Below are positions 11,949-24,467 of a DNA stretch of 64,000 bases, in pieces. Every line of letters begins with the position of its first letter. Positions within the stretch are counted from its first letter, which is position 1. Origin of the DNA: Macrostomum lignano. Lineage: Eukaryota. Below the pieces are notes generated by a model that did not search any database, was not told the origin of the DNA, and worked only from the letters and a program-made list of their open reading frames with translations. Made by a program: the position numbers and the translations under genes. Where the stretch lies: assembly GCA_002269645.1 (NCBI GenBank), contig NIVC01001831.1:168920-232919 (forward strand), written 5' to 3'.

Positions 11949-13089
11949 CTACAGGGACTGCAGAAGCTGATCCGCCAGAGTGCAGGTGGCCTTGGTGGGG
12001 TCCGGCTCCACGTCCAGCTGCTTCACCACGCCGTCCTCGATCACCATGACGAACCGCTTGGCCCGGAGGCCGCCCAGCAGGTGGCTGAGGTCCAGCGACA
12101 GGCCGGCGGCCTCCACAAAGATGGCCTGGGTGTCGCTGAGCATGCGCACCTGAGAATTGGCGGAGAGGGGCAGCTCGGGAAGGTCACGGCGATTTCAAAT
12201 CTGGCAAGATATTATGATTGTTCATTAGCAGCCACTTTCCACAGCTTCAGTCCCCAATCCCATTGTGTCTGTCAAAACTTCGCCGATTGCATTACCGAGG
12301 TAATACCGAATGCCAAGCACCTGAGTGCATCCAGTTCAATGAATTTATGAGAACTTTGGAGACTCAGGAATTAAGCTGTGAGAATGTTGGCAAGGCACTT
12401 TGTCTAGCTGTGAGAATCCAGTCAATGCAGTGACTGGCAATCCAGTCAAGGCAGTGACAACTCCCAGTCAAGACAGTGACAATCCAGTCAAGGCGGTGAC
12501 AATCCAGTCAAGGCGGTGACAATCCAGTCAAGGCGGTGACAATCCAGTCAAGGCAGTGACAACTCCCAGTCAAGACAGTGACAATCCAGTCAAGGCAGTG
12601 ACAACCCAGCCAAGGCAGTGACAATCCAGTCAAGGCGGTGACAATCCAGTCAAGGCAGTGACAACCCAGCCAAGGCGGTGACAAGAGCCGGACGTGTTTA
12701 TCGCTGAGCTGCTCTGCCCAGCTGCTCACCTTTCCCTCGGCTCCGTTCGCGTCAGACCAGGCCTGCATGACGAACGGGTCGTTAACCGCCAGACAGAACA
12801 CCTGGCTGATTCCCTTGGCCTTGAGCTTGTCGTAATCCCGCACGTAGCTGGGCAGGTGCACCCGGCTGCAGGTCGGCGTGAAGGCGCCCGGCACGCCGAA
12901 CAGAATGCTGCGCTGGCCGGCGAACAGCTCCTGAAGGTTGACCTTCTTCATCTCGAGGCCCTCCACCAGCTCCATGGCTGGCAGCTTGTCGCCAACCTTC
13001 AGCGACATGGCGCGGGCCGGCAGCAGCTGGCCAGCCAGCCGGAGCCGCAGGGAGCCCAGCTGGCCTGCACAGAAGCCCAGACGGTGCAT
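11949..13089 (-). CDS. PRDX5: Peroxiredoxin-5 (atypical 2-Cys) with N-terminal transit-peptide-like extension; exons 13089-12730 and 12149-11949
   Basis: GVPGAFTPTCSRVHLPSY active site, CLAVNDPFVMQAW, RAKRFVMVIEDGVVKQLDVEPD..ATCT; phase-0 GT-AG intron. Confidence 0.95.
12415..12685 (+). repeat. ~20-24-bp minisatellite CAATCCAGTCAAGGC(G/A)GTGA inside the PRDX5 intron
   Basis: Tandem array. Confidence 0.9.
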
Positions 13090-13299
13090 AATCGAGCTGG
13101 CTGCGGGGGTGGCGGGAAGGGGCTGCAGATCAAATTAAATCTTTAAGCACGTATTGACTTCTCTGTAATCTAATTTTGATCTAAGGAGCTGTCATACCTT
13201 TACAACCTAATTCGTATTCAATACTTTTCGTTACCATGTCTTTTACATCTTACATGTTTAATCAACTCTTTTACTGCCCAGCTAATGCACATGTGATCC

Positions 13300-14620
13300 A
13301 ACTCACTCCCCAGAGACCCAAATCACTCCTCAGTGACCCAGCTCACTCCCCAGTGACCCAATTCACTCCTCTTTGACCCAATTTACTCACCAATGACCCA
13401 ATGTACTCACCAATGAGGTAATTTACTCATCAATGAGGTAATTTACTCATTAATGACCCAGCTCACTCCCCAGTGACCCAATTCACTCCTCTTTGACCCA
13501 ATTTACTCACCAATGACCCAATGTACTCTCCAATGAGCTAATTTACTCATTAATGCCCCAATTTACTCATTAATGCCCCAATTTACTCATCAATGACCCA
13601 ATTTACTCATCAATGAGCTAATTTACTCATTAATGCCCCAATTTACTCCTCAGTGACCCAATGTACTCTTCAATGACCCAATTTACTCATCAATGAGCTA
13701 GTTTACTCATCAATGACCCAATTTACTCTCCAAAGAGCTAGTTCACTCATCAATGACCTAATTTACTCATCAATGAGCTAGTTTACTCATCAATGAGCTA
13801 GTTCACTCATCAATGACCTAATTTACTCATCAATGAGCTAGTTTACTCATCAATGACCCAATTTACTCTCCAATGAGCTAGTTCACTCATCAATGACCTA
13901 ATTTACTCATCAATGAGCTAGTTTACTCATCAATGACCCAATTTACTCATCAATGAGGTAGTTTACTCATCAATGACCCAAATTACTCATCAGTGAGCCA
14001 ACTTACTCATCAATGACCTAATTTACTCATCAATGAGCTAGTTTGCTCATCAATGACCCAATTTACTCATCAATGAGCTAGTTTACTCATCAATGACCCA
14101 ATTTACTCATCAGTGAGCCAACTTACTCATCAATGACCCAATTTACTCATCAGTGAGCCAACTCACTCATCAATGACCTAATTTACTCATCAATGAGCTA
14201 GTTTACTCATCAATGACCCAATTTACTCATCAATGAGGTAGTTTACTCATCAATGACCCAAATTACTCATCAGTGAGCCAACTTACTCATCAATGACCTA
14301 ATTTACTCATCAATAAGCTAGTTTGCTCATCAATGACCCAATTTACTCATCAATGAGGTAGTTTACTCATCAATGACCCAATTTACTCATCAGTGAGCCA
14401 ACTTACTCATCAAGGACCTAATTTACTCATCAATGAGCTAGTTTACTCATCAATGACCCAATTTACTCATCAATGAGCTAGTTTACTCATCAATGACCCA
14501 ATTTACTTATCAGTGAGCCAACTTACTCATCAATGACCCAATTTACTCATCAATGACCCAACTTACTCATCAATGACCCAATTTACTCATCAGTGAGCCA
14601 ACTTACTCATCAATGAACAA
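13300..14620 (+). repeat. 20-bp minisatellite ATTTACTCATCAATGACCCA / GTTTACTCATCAATGAGCTA, diverging toward its 5' end
   Basis: ~65 copies with patterned variant units. Confidence 0.95.
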
Positions 14621-15341
14621 GTCACTTCTCTAACTGCACTGTCCGAAACCTGGGATCCAGGAGTGTGCACCCTGAAAACCTGACTAAGTAAACTTTCCCG
14701 CAATACCAAAAGAAAAAGACAGCAAAGACAGCTCAAATTTATACAGATGCTGGAGAACACTGTTTCAGAAAAGTCACATCAGGCCCGGTGACAGCCAGAT
14801 TAAGAAACTACTCAGACATCAAGGTGCTGAACGGTCATTGCAGTTAGTGCACAGCTAAACACAGGAAAAGCCTGGGTCAAGCACAAACCACTGGGACGCA
14901 GGGCGAGAGCAAAGCGATAGAAGGGAGTTAAAACACAGGATCGATGAGTAATAGAGATAGATGGCTTAGCGTTACAAATACAGCAATAATAGGTCCACAT
15001 TCAAGTACTACTACTGACAGTTCATAACAGTAGTTAATGAAGCAGGTGCAATATATAATTTGCCATAAATAAAAACTTATAGGGATGCAGAGGAGAAACG
15101 GGGATTGAAAAACAACAGCAAACAGTGAGCCGCTGGGTTCATAGTGCAAATATATTAATAAACAATGACTCGCCTATCCTGCAATCTAGATTAGCTATGA
15201 TACACCGCCAGTGGCTGCTGCTCACGCACTCACAAAACTGTCTTCTATTCAATGCCAATTTGAGTCTAAGCGATACGGCATCGAGTAAAATCCGCACTAT
15301 ACTACTAGCCAGCCGCTGCACTATGAGTAGTAAGCCGCAGC

Positions 15342-18300
15342 TCAGCCGGTGTAGTTGCCGCTCTCAAACAGCTGCTCGTCGTAGAAGTCGGCTCCAACTC
15401 GGCGGCCGCCGAAGTACCGACCGTCCAGGCCTTCGATGGCCCTGGCGGCCTCGGCCGGCTCGGCAAACCGGACAAATACAACGACGGTGCCGCCGGTCTC
15501 CGGAGCAAAAACCACCAGGTTGGCCACGGTGCCGAACTTGGCGCACTCCTCGGTGACGTCCTCCTGGAACTGGTCGTCCAGCTCGCTGGCCGAGCCCACC
15601 AGGTTGCGCAGGGTTACCACCCGGCTGGGCCGCTGCAGGCGCTGCGTGAGCACCTGCCGGGCCTCGGAGCCGCGCACTGTCGGCTCGGCCTCCAGCATCT
15701 GCTCCGTGCCCGCCGTCTGCCGATCGGCCGCCGCTCCCTGCTGGTTGGCTGCTGCGGACTCTGAGGGGATTCGAATTCGAGCCGGGAACCGCATAGCAAC
15801 CAAGTTTGAGCAGATATGGACTTACCTGAATTGCCTATGGTATGCGGACCAACCAGCCTGCCTACTATCGAGTAGCAAGTAAGGGATTCTTTAGAGCGAA
15901 TCTATGCACTACTTTGCTCAGTAGCCTATAGCAGCATAGACTATTAAGTCCACTTCCACTGATATTTTGAACCTGCTTATTATGGAAATATCGACTATTA
16001 GCCTCCTTTCTGGTGTAGCAAAAGTAATTCTCAATGCGATTCTCCTGACTGCTCAACTAACATGTACATGATGTACTTCCGTGATTTCTGACTGCTCAAC
16101 TAATATGTACATGATGTACTTCCGTGATTCCTGACTGCTCAACTAACATGTACATGATGTACTTCCGTGATTCCTGACTGCTTAACTACACATGTACATG
16201 ATGTACTTCCGTGATTCCTGACTGCTCAACTAACATGTACATGATGTACTTCCGTGATTCCTGACTGCTTAACTAACATGTACATGATGTACTTCCGTGA
16301 TTCCTGACTGCTTAACTACACATGTACATGATGTACTTCCGTGATTCCTGACTGCTTAACTAACATGTACATGATGTACTTCCGTGATTCCTGACTGCTT
16401 AACTACACATGTACATGATGTACTTCCGTGATTTCTGACTGCTCAACTAACATGTACATGATGTACTTCCGTGATTCCTGACTGCTTAACTAACATGTAC
16501 ATGATGTACTTCCGTGATTCCTGACTGCTTAACTAACATGTACATGATGTACTTCCGTGATTCCTGACTGCTTAACTAACATGTACATGATGTACTTCCG
16601 TGATTCCTGACTGCTTAACTAACATGTACATGATGTACTTCCGTGATTCCTGACTGCTTAACTACACATGTACATGATGTACTTCCGTGATTTCTGACTG
16701 CTCAACTAACATGTACATGATGTACTTCCGTGATTCCTGACTGCTTAACTACACATGTACATGATGTACTTCCGTGATTCCTGACTGCTTAACTACACAT
16801 GTACATGATGTACTTTCGTGATTCCTGACTGCTCAACTACACATGTACATGATGTACCTCCGTGGTTCTCCTGACTGCTCAACTACACATGTACATGATG
16901 TACCTCCGTGGTTCTCCTGACTGCTAAACTACACATGTACATGATTTACCTCCGCGGTTCTACTGACTGCTCAACTACACATGCACCTCCGCGATTCCCC
17001 TGACTGCTCAACTAAATGTTCTCGTACCTCTGCGACCGACCACGCGGCTTATTGACCGACAAACCGATAGACAGCTACACGCAGACTTCAGAATGCGAGC
17101 GGGCTGTGGACGGGGGGTGCGGGAGGGGCAGCGAGTGGAGACGCGACAGGCTGGGGCGAGAGGAGAGGACGGGCCTGCGGGGGGTCTCAGTAAAAAGTGC
17201 ACCGACAGACGCCAAGTGCGGCGGGCGGCAACGCCTTCGAATTGAAGACTCAGATAGCCTTGAAGCGGCCAGAGAGGCTGAACGCGGGCCCACTGGCTCA
17301 TCAATCTCTCCAAGTCTGAGCACTGCTAAAATTGGAAGTCGGTCAGGATAGGAGAGAATAGCCAGTCGGAGTCAGAGCTGAGCAGGACGAGCAAAAGGCC
17401 AGAAGTTTTGTAAAATAATCAATTCAGCGAGACTCTAGCTTGGCCTTTGAGCAAGCTGAGAACAGACAAGAAGCAGAAATCCGGCTTAGAAAGATGAGGC
17501 AGGTGGCTTAATGGATAGAAATTTAGAAAAGCAGAAACAGGATTTATGGAAGTGATTCCAGAAAAGGAAATGCAACAAGATATGACTGAAAAATGCAGGA
17601 AGCCTCGATGTAATTGATAAGTGCAGAGTGAGATGACTGTGGCAGGCATCCGGATCTGGGATAGCGGTGGCCCAGCAACTGAGGATCTGGGAGGCTGGCC
17701 CAGCAACTGGGGATCTGGGAGGCTGGCCCAGCAACTGGGGATCTGGGATGCTGGCCCAGCAACTGGGGATCTGGTAGGCTGGCCCAGCAACTGAGGATCT
17801 GGGAGGCTGGCCCAGCAACTGGGGATCTGGTAGGCTGGCCCAGCAACTGAGGATCTGGGAGGCTGGCCCAGCAACTGAGGATCTGGGAGGCTGGCCCAGC
17901 AACTGGGGATCTGGGAGGCTGGCCCAGCAACTGGGGATCTGGGATGCTGGCCCAGCAACTGACGATCTGGGAGGGCGATTGTCCAGCAACTGAGAATCTG
18001 GGATGGTGGCCCAGCAACTGAAGATCTGAGAGCGCGGCCCAGCAACTGAGGATCTGGAAGGCTGGCCTAGAGACTGAGGATTTGGGAGGGCGGCCCAGCA
18101 ACTGAGAATCTTACACCAGGAATGGTTGACACCATTGGATAGAAGAGTCAATACAAATGAAACTGTACAAATGAAACCGTACAAATGAAACCGTACAAAT
18201 GAAACCGTACAGTTGAAAACTGTACAGCTGCTCATCATATTCTACGCAATAATGTCTAGTCATGACGTCATAAAATAGGCAATTAAAGCTCAGAAAATCC

Positions 18301-20512
18301 ACAACGAACAGCGTGTGTCTCACCTTGAGCTGGCGGAGGCTGACCCGGCTCCGCGGCCTGGGTCCCGGTGGCGGCAGCCGGCTTGGCGGGCTGGTTGGCC
18401 AGGGCGGCGGCGAGGCCGGGCATGAGGGTGGTGGGGTTGGTGATGGCCCGGCCAACGCGGAGCAGCTGGCCGCCCAGGTCGAAATTGTTCATGCTGCCCA
18501 TGGCGTCAGTGGCGGCTTGGTTCTGAGATTCAGGCGCGGAAGCAGGGGCGGTGCAGCGAATAAAGCTGTAGGCTGGCACGTTCGTGAACTGGTCCCTGGG
18601 TCCTTTGGTGAACTGGTCTCTTGGGTCCTTTGGTGAACTGGTCTCTTGGGTCCTTTGGTGGACTGGTCTCTTGGGTCCTTTGGTGGACTGGTCTCTTTGG
18701 TCCTTTAGTGGACTGGTCTCTTGGGTCCTTTGGTGGACTGGTCTCTTGGGTCCTTTGGTGGAGTGGACTGGTCTCTTGGATCCTTCGGTGGACTGGTCCC
18801 CTGGGTCCTCTGGTGAACTGGTCTCTTGGGTCCTTTGGTGGACTGGTCACCTGGGTCCTTTGGTGGACTGGTCCCCTGGGTCCTTTGGTGGACTGGTCCC
18901 CTGGGTCCTTTGGTGGACTGGTCCCCTGGGTCCTTTGGTGGACTGGTCACCTGGGTCCTTTGGTGGACTGGTCCCCTGGGTCCTTTGGTGGACTGGTCCC
19001 CTGGGTCCTTTGGTGGAATGGTCCCCTGGGTCCTCTGGTGAACTGGTCTCTTGGGTCCTTTGGTGGACTTGTCCCCTGGTCTTTTGGTGGACTGGTCCCT
19101 TGGTTTATGTTAACCTAGTCCACTTGCCGCCCCCCCCAATGACCCAGACCCAGACCCAGACTAAGAGGTCTTTTAATGACCTTTTAAAGACGGCCGCTCA
19201 AAGTGCATAGCAACAGACTAAAGCTCTCACCGTCTCATACTGGATGTAGCCATAGCCCCTGTGCCGCTCCGGCCTCTTGGGATCGGGCACCAGCGCACAG
19301 TACTTGACCGGGCCGAATGCCTCGAACACGGACCGCAGCTCGCTCTCGGTGAGATCCAGGTGCACATTGCACACGTACACAGTGGATTGAAGGCCGCCTT
19401 GTTGCACGAGATCTTCAACTAGCTGGGCAGGCTGGGGCACGTTGCTGGGCCGGCTGACCCGCAAGGTTCGGCCTGTCAGCACCACGCCGTTCATGCTGTC
19501 TATGGCCAGGGTCGCCGCCTCGGGCAGGTCGTACTCCACGAAGGCGAATCCCTTGTGCCGTTGCTGCACAGGGTCCCAGCCGACGTCCAGGCTGCGCATC
19601 GGGCCGAATGGCATGAAGGCGCGGCGGAGGGCCTCCTCGTTGGCGTCCGAGCCGATGCCGCCGACGTATACGCGACTGAGCAGCAGCTGGGCCTGCGCTC
19701 TGCGGGAGGTGGCGACATGGGATTCAGGGAGCGGTCAGAGAGGATCTTAGGGTGGGTCAAAGAGGATCTTAGGGTGGGTCAGAGAGAATCTTAGGGTGGG
19801 TCAAAGAGGATCTTAGGGTGGGTCAAAGAGGATCTAAGGTTTGGGTCAGAGAGGATCTTAGGGTTGGGTCAGAGAGGATCTTAGGGTGGGTCAGAGAGAA
19901 TCTTAGGATGGTCAGAGAGAATCTAAGGGTTGGGTCAGAGAGGATCTAAGGGTGGGTGAGAGAGAATCTAAGGGTTGGGTCAGAGAGGATCTTAGGGTGG
20001 GTCAGAGAGAATCTTAGGGTGGTCAGAGAGGATCTTAGGGTGGGTCAGAGAGAATCTTAGGGTGGATCAGAGAGGATCTTGGGGTTCTGGGTGCCTGTTA
20101 GTCAGTGAGGATAATGCTAAATGAAGTGGGTCAGCAAGGATAATTGGGGTAATGAGTCAGAAAACCATAAATAAAATTTGATGTCTGTAAATATTTTTAT
20201 GTTGACGAGGACACAGAAAAATTTCTACCTTCTCATATTAAGCATCTGCTGGTCCTGGTTATGCTGCGACTGCTTTTGCAAAGCCCGTTGAATGCTGAGC
20301 TCCAAAGCGAACCTTTTGGCGGCCTCCAGCCGGACAGCCTCGTCTCCAGTTGGCCGCTGCACAATGGCGCAGGGCCGGTGCCGCCTGCCGCAGCCGGAGC
20401 CGCGGCCCAGCAGAGTTTTCTGCTCCCACTGGTTGTGCAGGGCGTTGGTGGCCGGCAGGCCGTTGCTGGTCAGCAGGCTGTCTATGGCTGACCTGGCCGG
20501 CCGGTCGGCCAT
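15342..20512 (-). CDS. PUF60: Poly(U)-binding splicing factor PUF60/half-pint; exons 20512-20229, 19699-19231, 18522-18324, 15760-15342 (5' end may extend)
   Basis: RRM1 (RVYVGGI..HKGFAFVEY), RRM2 (VYVCNVHLDL..HRGYGYIQYE..SMNNFDLGGQLLRVGRA) and C-terminal UHM (VVTLRNLV..EECAKFG..FVRF..DGRYFGGRRV); GT-AG junctions keep frame. Confidence 0.95.
16045..17012 (+). repeat. 43-bp minisatellite TTCCTGACTGCTTAACTAACATGTACATGATGTACTTCCGTGA in PUF60 intron 3
   Basis: Tandem array. Confidence 0.96.
17665..18110 (+). repeat. 28-bp minisatellite CCCAGCAACTG(A/G)GGATCTGGGAGGCTGG in PUF60 intron 3
   Basis: Tandem array, homologous to 9245-9645. Confidence 0.93.
18585..19105 (+). repeat. 25-bp minisatellite GGTCCTTTGGTGGACTGGTC(T/C)C(T/C)TG in PUF60 intron 2
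   Basis: Tandem array. Confidence 0.95.
19735..20085 (+). repeat. ~22-bp minisatellite AGAGGATCTTAGGGTGGGTCAG in PUF60 intron 1
   Basis: Tandem array. Confidence 0.93.
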
Positions 20513-23500
20513 CACCCGGACTCGGTAATTATCCACCTGCTGCGGAGGCAATCAGCGTTGGCAGATCATACATTAATATACTGGCATGTGGTATAAATAG
20601 GGATAAAAACATAAAAGACCTGCCAACAGGAGCTTCTAGTTGAAACTGCAATAGCAGGCTTAAAGTGCACAAGCAACAAAAAATGAGCAAACTAATGGCT
20701 AATATTTTGACTTTCATTTGCATAAAACAAAGTCATCATAGGCCTATGCCAAGAGCCTCTTAAGAATTTGTCTGAAGATGCAAAGCTTTCTAGACTTGCA
20801 AGACAAAAGGAATGTCAAAATGAATAGAAATTTGAGTCATAATAATAAGCCTGCTCTAAAAACCTGAAAATTGGTTTGAAATACTAAGCAAAACTTGAGC
20901 AGAACAATTGCATTTGAAGCAAGTTTTAAGATTGCAAAAGTAATCAATTATCTTTACATATACTACAATTAGGAGATAATAGATATATAGTCTGCAATTC
21001 TGCCAACTCTGCCATCTCTATTTAAAATTGGCACATTTATCTTTTTCCTTAAATTGTACTTTGATACAGTTGACACAATTATGAAAAATAGTATATTATT
21101 TAGTATATTTAGATTATGCCAAACAGAACAAATGATAGTTGTAAAACAGATTATAATTATGCTATAACTAGGTCATAATATTCAAAAAAGTTCATTTTTG
21201 TTACTAATCAACAAATATTTTTTCTATGTTTTTATGTGCAATTTGATATAGTTAAGGGACAATTATTATCTGATAGGACCCTATTTCAATCAATATATTT
21301 AGTACAGAACAAACTTCTTTCTATTATGTATTTATTTCTATACAACAAGGCTATTAGCAAACTATTTGTTGGGAACAATGCTAAGGCAAATCAAGATTTT
21401 TTTGTATAATAATTAAGTTTTTTTCAAGGGTATCCTGAAAATCATATTATGTGATAGTTGCAAGTGCTGGCTGCTCTCTTAGTATGTTTATTTGCTTTTG
21501 TAGATTGACATCAGCTAGCAAAGAAACTGCAAAAGAAAGGAACTGCAAAGGATTCTGAAAAGTCAGCTGCCCATAGTCCGGATCATGCTGGGTGCACACC
21601 CAAACAAAAATTAAATAATTACAAATGTACGCTGAAAAAAAATGTAGTGCATGCCCATTCTCAAAAATATGCTGGTGTTTGCAACAATAAATGACCTTTA
21701 TGTTGTGACAATACAATACCTTTTTTAAATTGCATAAAAGACCCTTATTATTAGATATTATAGATAATTCGGTTGCTTTTTATGCTTTTTTGGTGATACT
21801 ATTTATAGCAGAAAATTTAAACACATAAAGACCATAGTCAGGATCATGTCATGGTATACACTGGAATAAAAAGTCCCCTAAAAAATCTACGCCACTTCAT
21901 ACTGAAATGTACGCCAAGGTCCTAGGAACTTACGCCAGGTTTTCTAGGCTTTGCAACAATAAATGACCTTTTTTGCGTTACACGGTTTAAAATTTTTTTT
22001 ATAAATTATTTAACAAATGTGTGGTTTTCATTTAAAGTAAATTGGCTTACAGTTAATGGCAACAAAAATCAATTTTTTGTTTTATAAGTTTTTTTTAGAA
22101 AATTACACAATTAGTTTGCATGGAATTTAAAATTTTTGTAAATCACGAATAGTTATGAACTTTCATCTTACAAGTTTTATGGTTTTTATGATTTTATAAT
22201 AAGATTCTGAGGTTATGGCGTTATGCCAACAATTGTTAATATTAACTTTGGCATGAAGGTTGGAGTTGGCAATCGCTGCTTGGCATACTTACACCATGGC
22301 ATCACGCCAAAAGGTACGCCAAATATATTTTGCCTCATTTTTTATGCCAATTGTATGCCAAAAAAGTAAACTTTTCAATTGTATGCCGGAAATTTCTGAC
22401 GTAATGTACATCATCTTGACTATGGCACAAAGATTTGTTTAAATGCTCTTTTACAAGCTTGAAAAAATCGGAAAGCTTGAAATTTGCGCTAAAAATTAAC
22501 TTCTTTCATCTTTCACAATGACTTTATAAAGCATGATTCTATAAAGTGCACACCAGATATGCACACATACTATTCTCTCAGGAGTGATGCACGCCAACTG
22601 TGCATACCTAATTTTGGCATGCAAGGCCAATGCATACCTGAATTTTTAGGCATATACTACATGATCTAGAGTGTGGTCAGCTACATGAATAGGCCTACCT
22701 AAGAATTATAGGCCTAAAACTATGATATCGATAAGGTTGATAAAAGTAATTTTAAATAGATGTTGAGGATAGCTATATTACTTATAAGCCAAGGAGAGAA
22801 ATTGTGATAAGATGAAAAACACTGAAGGACCATTCTATATAATTATGGTTGTAACATGACAGACTATTTTTACTTATAAAATGAAATCTAATAATAGAAT
22901 ATACTAAACCAATATTTTGAATGAAATATTATTTTGTCAAGAATATGTTTATAAAGTTTCATATAGATATCATCATTAGTATAGATGCTATTAAACCTTG
23001 AATTGCACTTATGGCCGTAACAACAGGATTTTTGACATATAGAAACTAAAAGGTAAAAGTCTTATAACATTTTTCATTTTTGATATTTTGCAATATTTTT
23101 TTTAAATTTGACTAAGAACATCTTTAGAAGTCATACTCTTTTATTAGAATATATAAACTCAAAAAGGCAACGAATATACAAAAGAAAAGGCAGCCTTATG
23201 GTCGTAACATTATGGTCATAACATATGTTTTCTGTTAATTCAGTAACTTTGAAGTACTAATATAAAAAATATAATAGATTATATGATTGCTAATGTTTTT
23301 ATCTGATAATGCAAGTACTATAATTTTATATATAGTTTGTTTTAACCTTCTAAAGCTTTCTATTTGTTTTTAAAAGGTACATAAACTTAATTATGTCTTT
23401 TGCTTAGAAAATGTCTAATTTTTTACAAAACTAACTTTTGCCAATTGATAATATACTCATCCAACATTTTATCATTTATTTATTCTTAGATTGTATACAT

Positions 23501-23869
23501 TACATACTCGTACAAAAAAAATTGTTAAACAAATTGGCTGATAAGGCAATGACAAGCAAAAATATTGACTTTTTTCTATTTTCCAAATATGTCTATCTTA
23601 TATGGAATGGGCCTAAAGCATGTCACTCTAGATTGTGCTTGGTGCATAAAAACATAAAAACAGGATATAATTCTTCTAATAACCATATAACATAAATAAA
23701 ACTTCTATACTATACATTATAGAATATGATAAAAAGCAGAGAAAGATAAAAAAACAACTCATTAAAAAAGCACTCAAGACCAGGATAGAATCTTTGCATT
23801 GCATGGCAATTTTAGAATTGAAACTTGCAAAAAGATTAGGCCCTAGGCTAGCCTAACTATAGGCCCTAC

Positions 23870-24166
23870 CATACATGCGCAACAGTCGGCCGAGTCGGCC
23901 GATCCGGCCGACCGATTTGGCGGCCAACCAAGGAAGTCGCAAAAATGCCAACCCGAAAAAACACAGAGTAGTAGTACTATGTAGCTGACGAGGCATTTTG
24001 GCTTTATAAGATAGTCATAGTTACTCCTGCCGTTTACCCAAAGTTGCGTTAATTTTGCTTTCGGGTTTTTTTACATGTAAGTCGCATTTTTGGCCAAAAA
24101 CTACGTCGCATTTTTGTTAAAACTAAGTCGCATGGCCGACCAAAATTTGGAGGTTGCGCATGTATG
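23870..24166. mobile_element. Non-autonomous hAT-type DNA transposon (MITE), 297 bp
   Basis: Perfect 14-bp TIRs CATACATGCGCAAC...GTTGCGCATGTATG flanked by 8-bp TSD GGCCCTAC (23862-23869, 24167-24174). Confidence 0.9.
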
Positions 24167-24467
24167 GGCCCTACCAACTTCTCTACTTTCAAATGGAGTC
24201 AATTTGTCTGCAAGTTGACAAGTTGGCGGCAGGCGAAGTGATTGGAATCCTTCTGATAGGCCAATGCAATCGCATACTTTAACTTTGTCTTATTATGTAA
24301 TAGGCTAAATGGGGAAAAAGCTTAAAAAATCTCCCGTCTAGCCTGGAAAAAGCTTGTCTATTGAGCTTTTTCTTATAGACTAGTACGACACCCAACGGCA
24401 GTAGGCTAGATGGGGAAAAGCTTAAAAAATTTCTGTCTAATATCTTGAGGGTTGACTTAGTCTTACT

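Noticed and set aside
17008-17351. ORFs on both strands within PUF60 intron 3
   Set aside because: PUF60 exons 3 and 4 join in frame without them; no domain evidence
21560-22400. Degenerate ~270-bp direct repeat pair and scattered TA(C/T)GCCA motifs in the AT-rich block
   Set aside because: Probably old TE remnants; no termini or TSD could be defined
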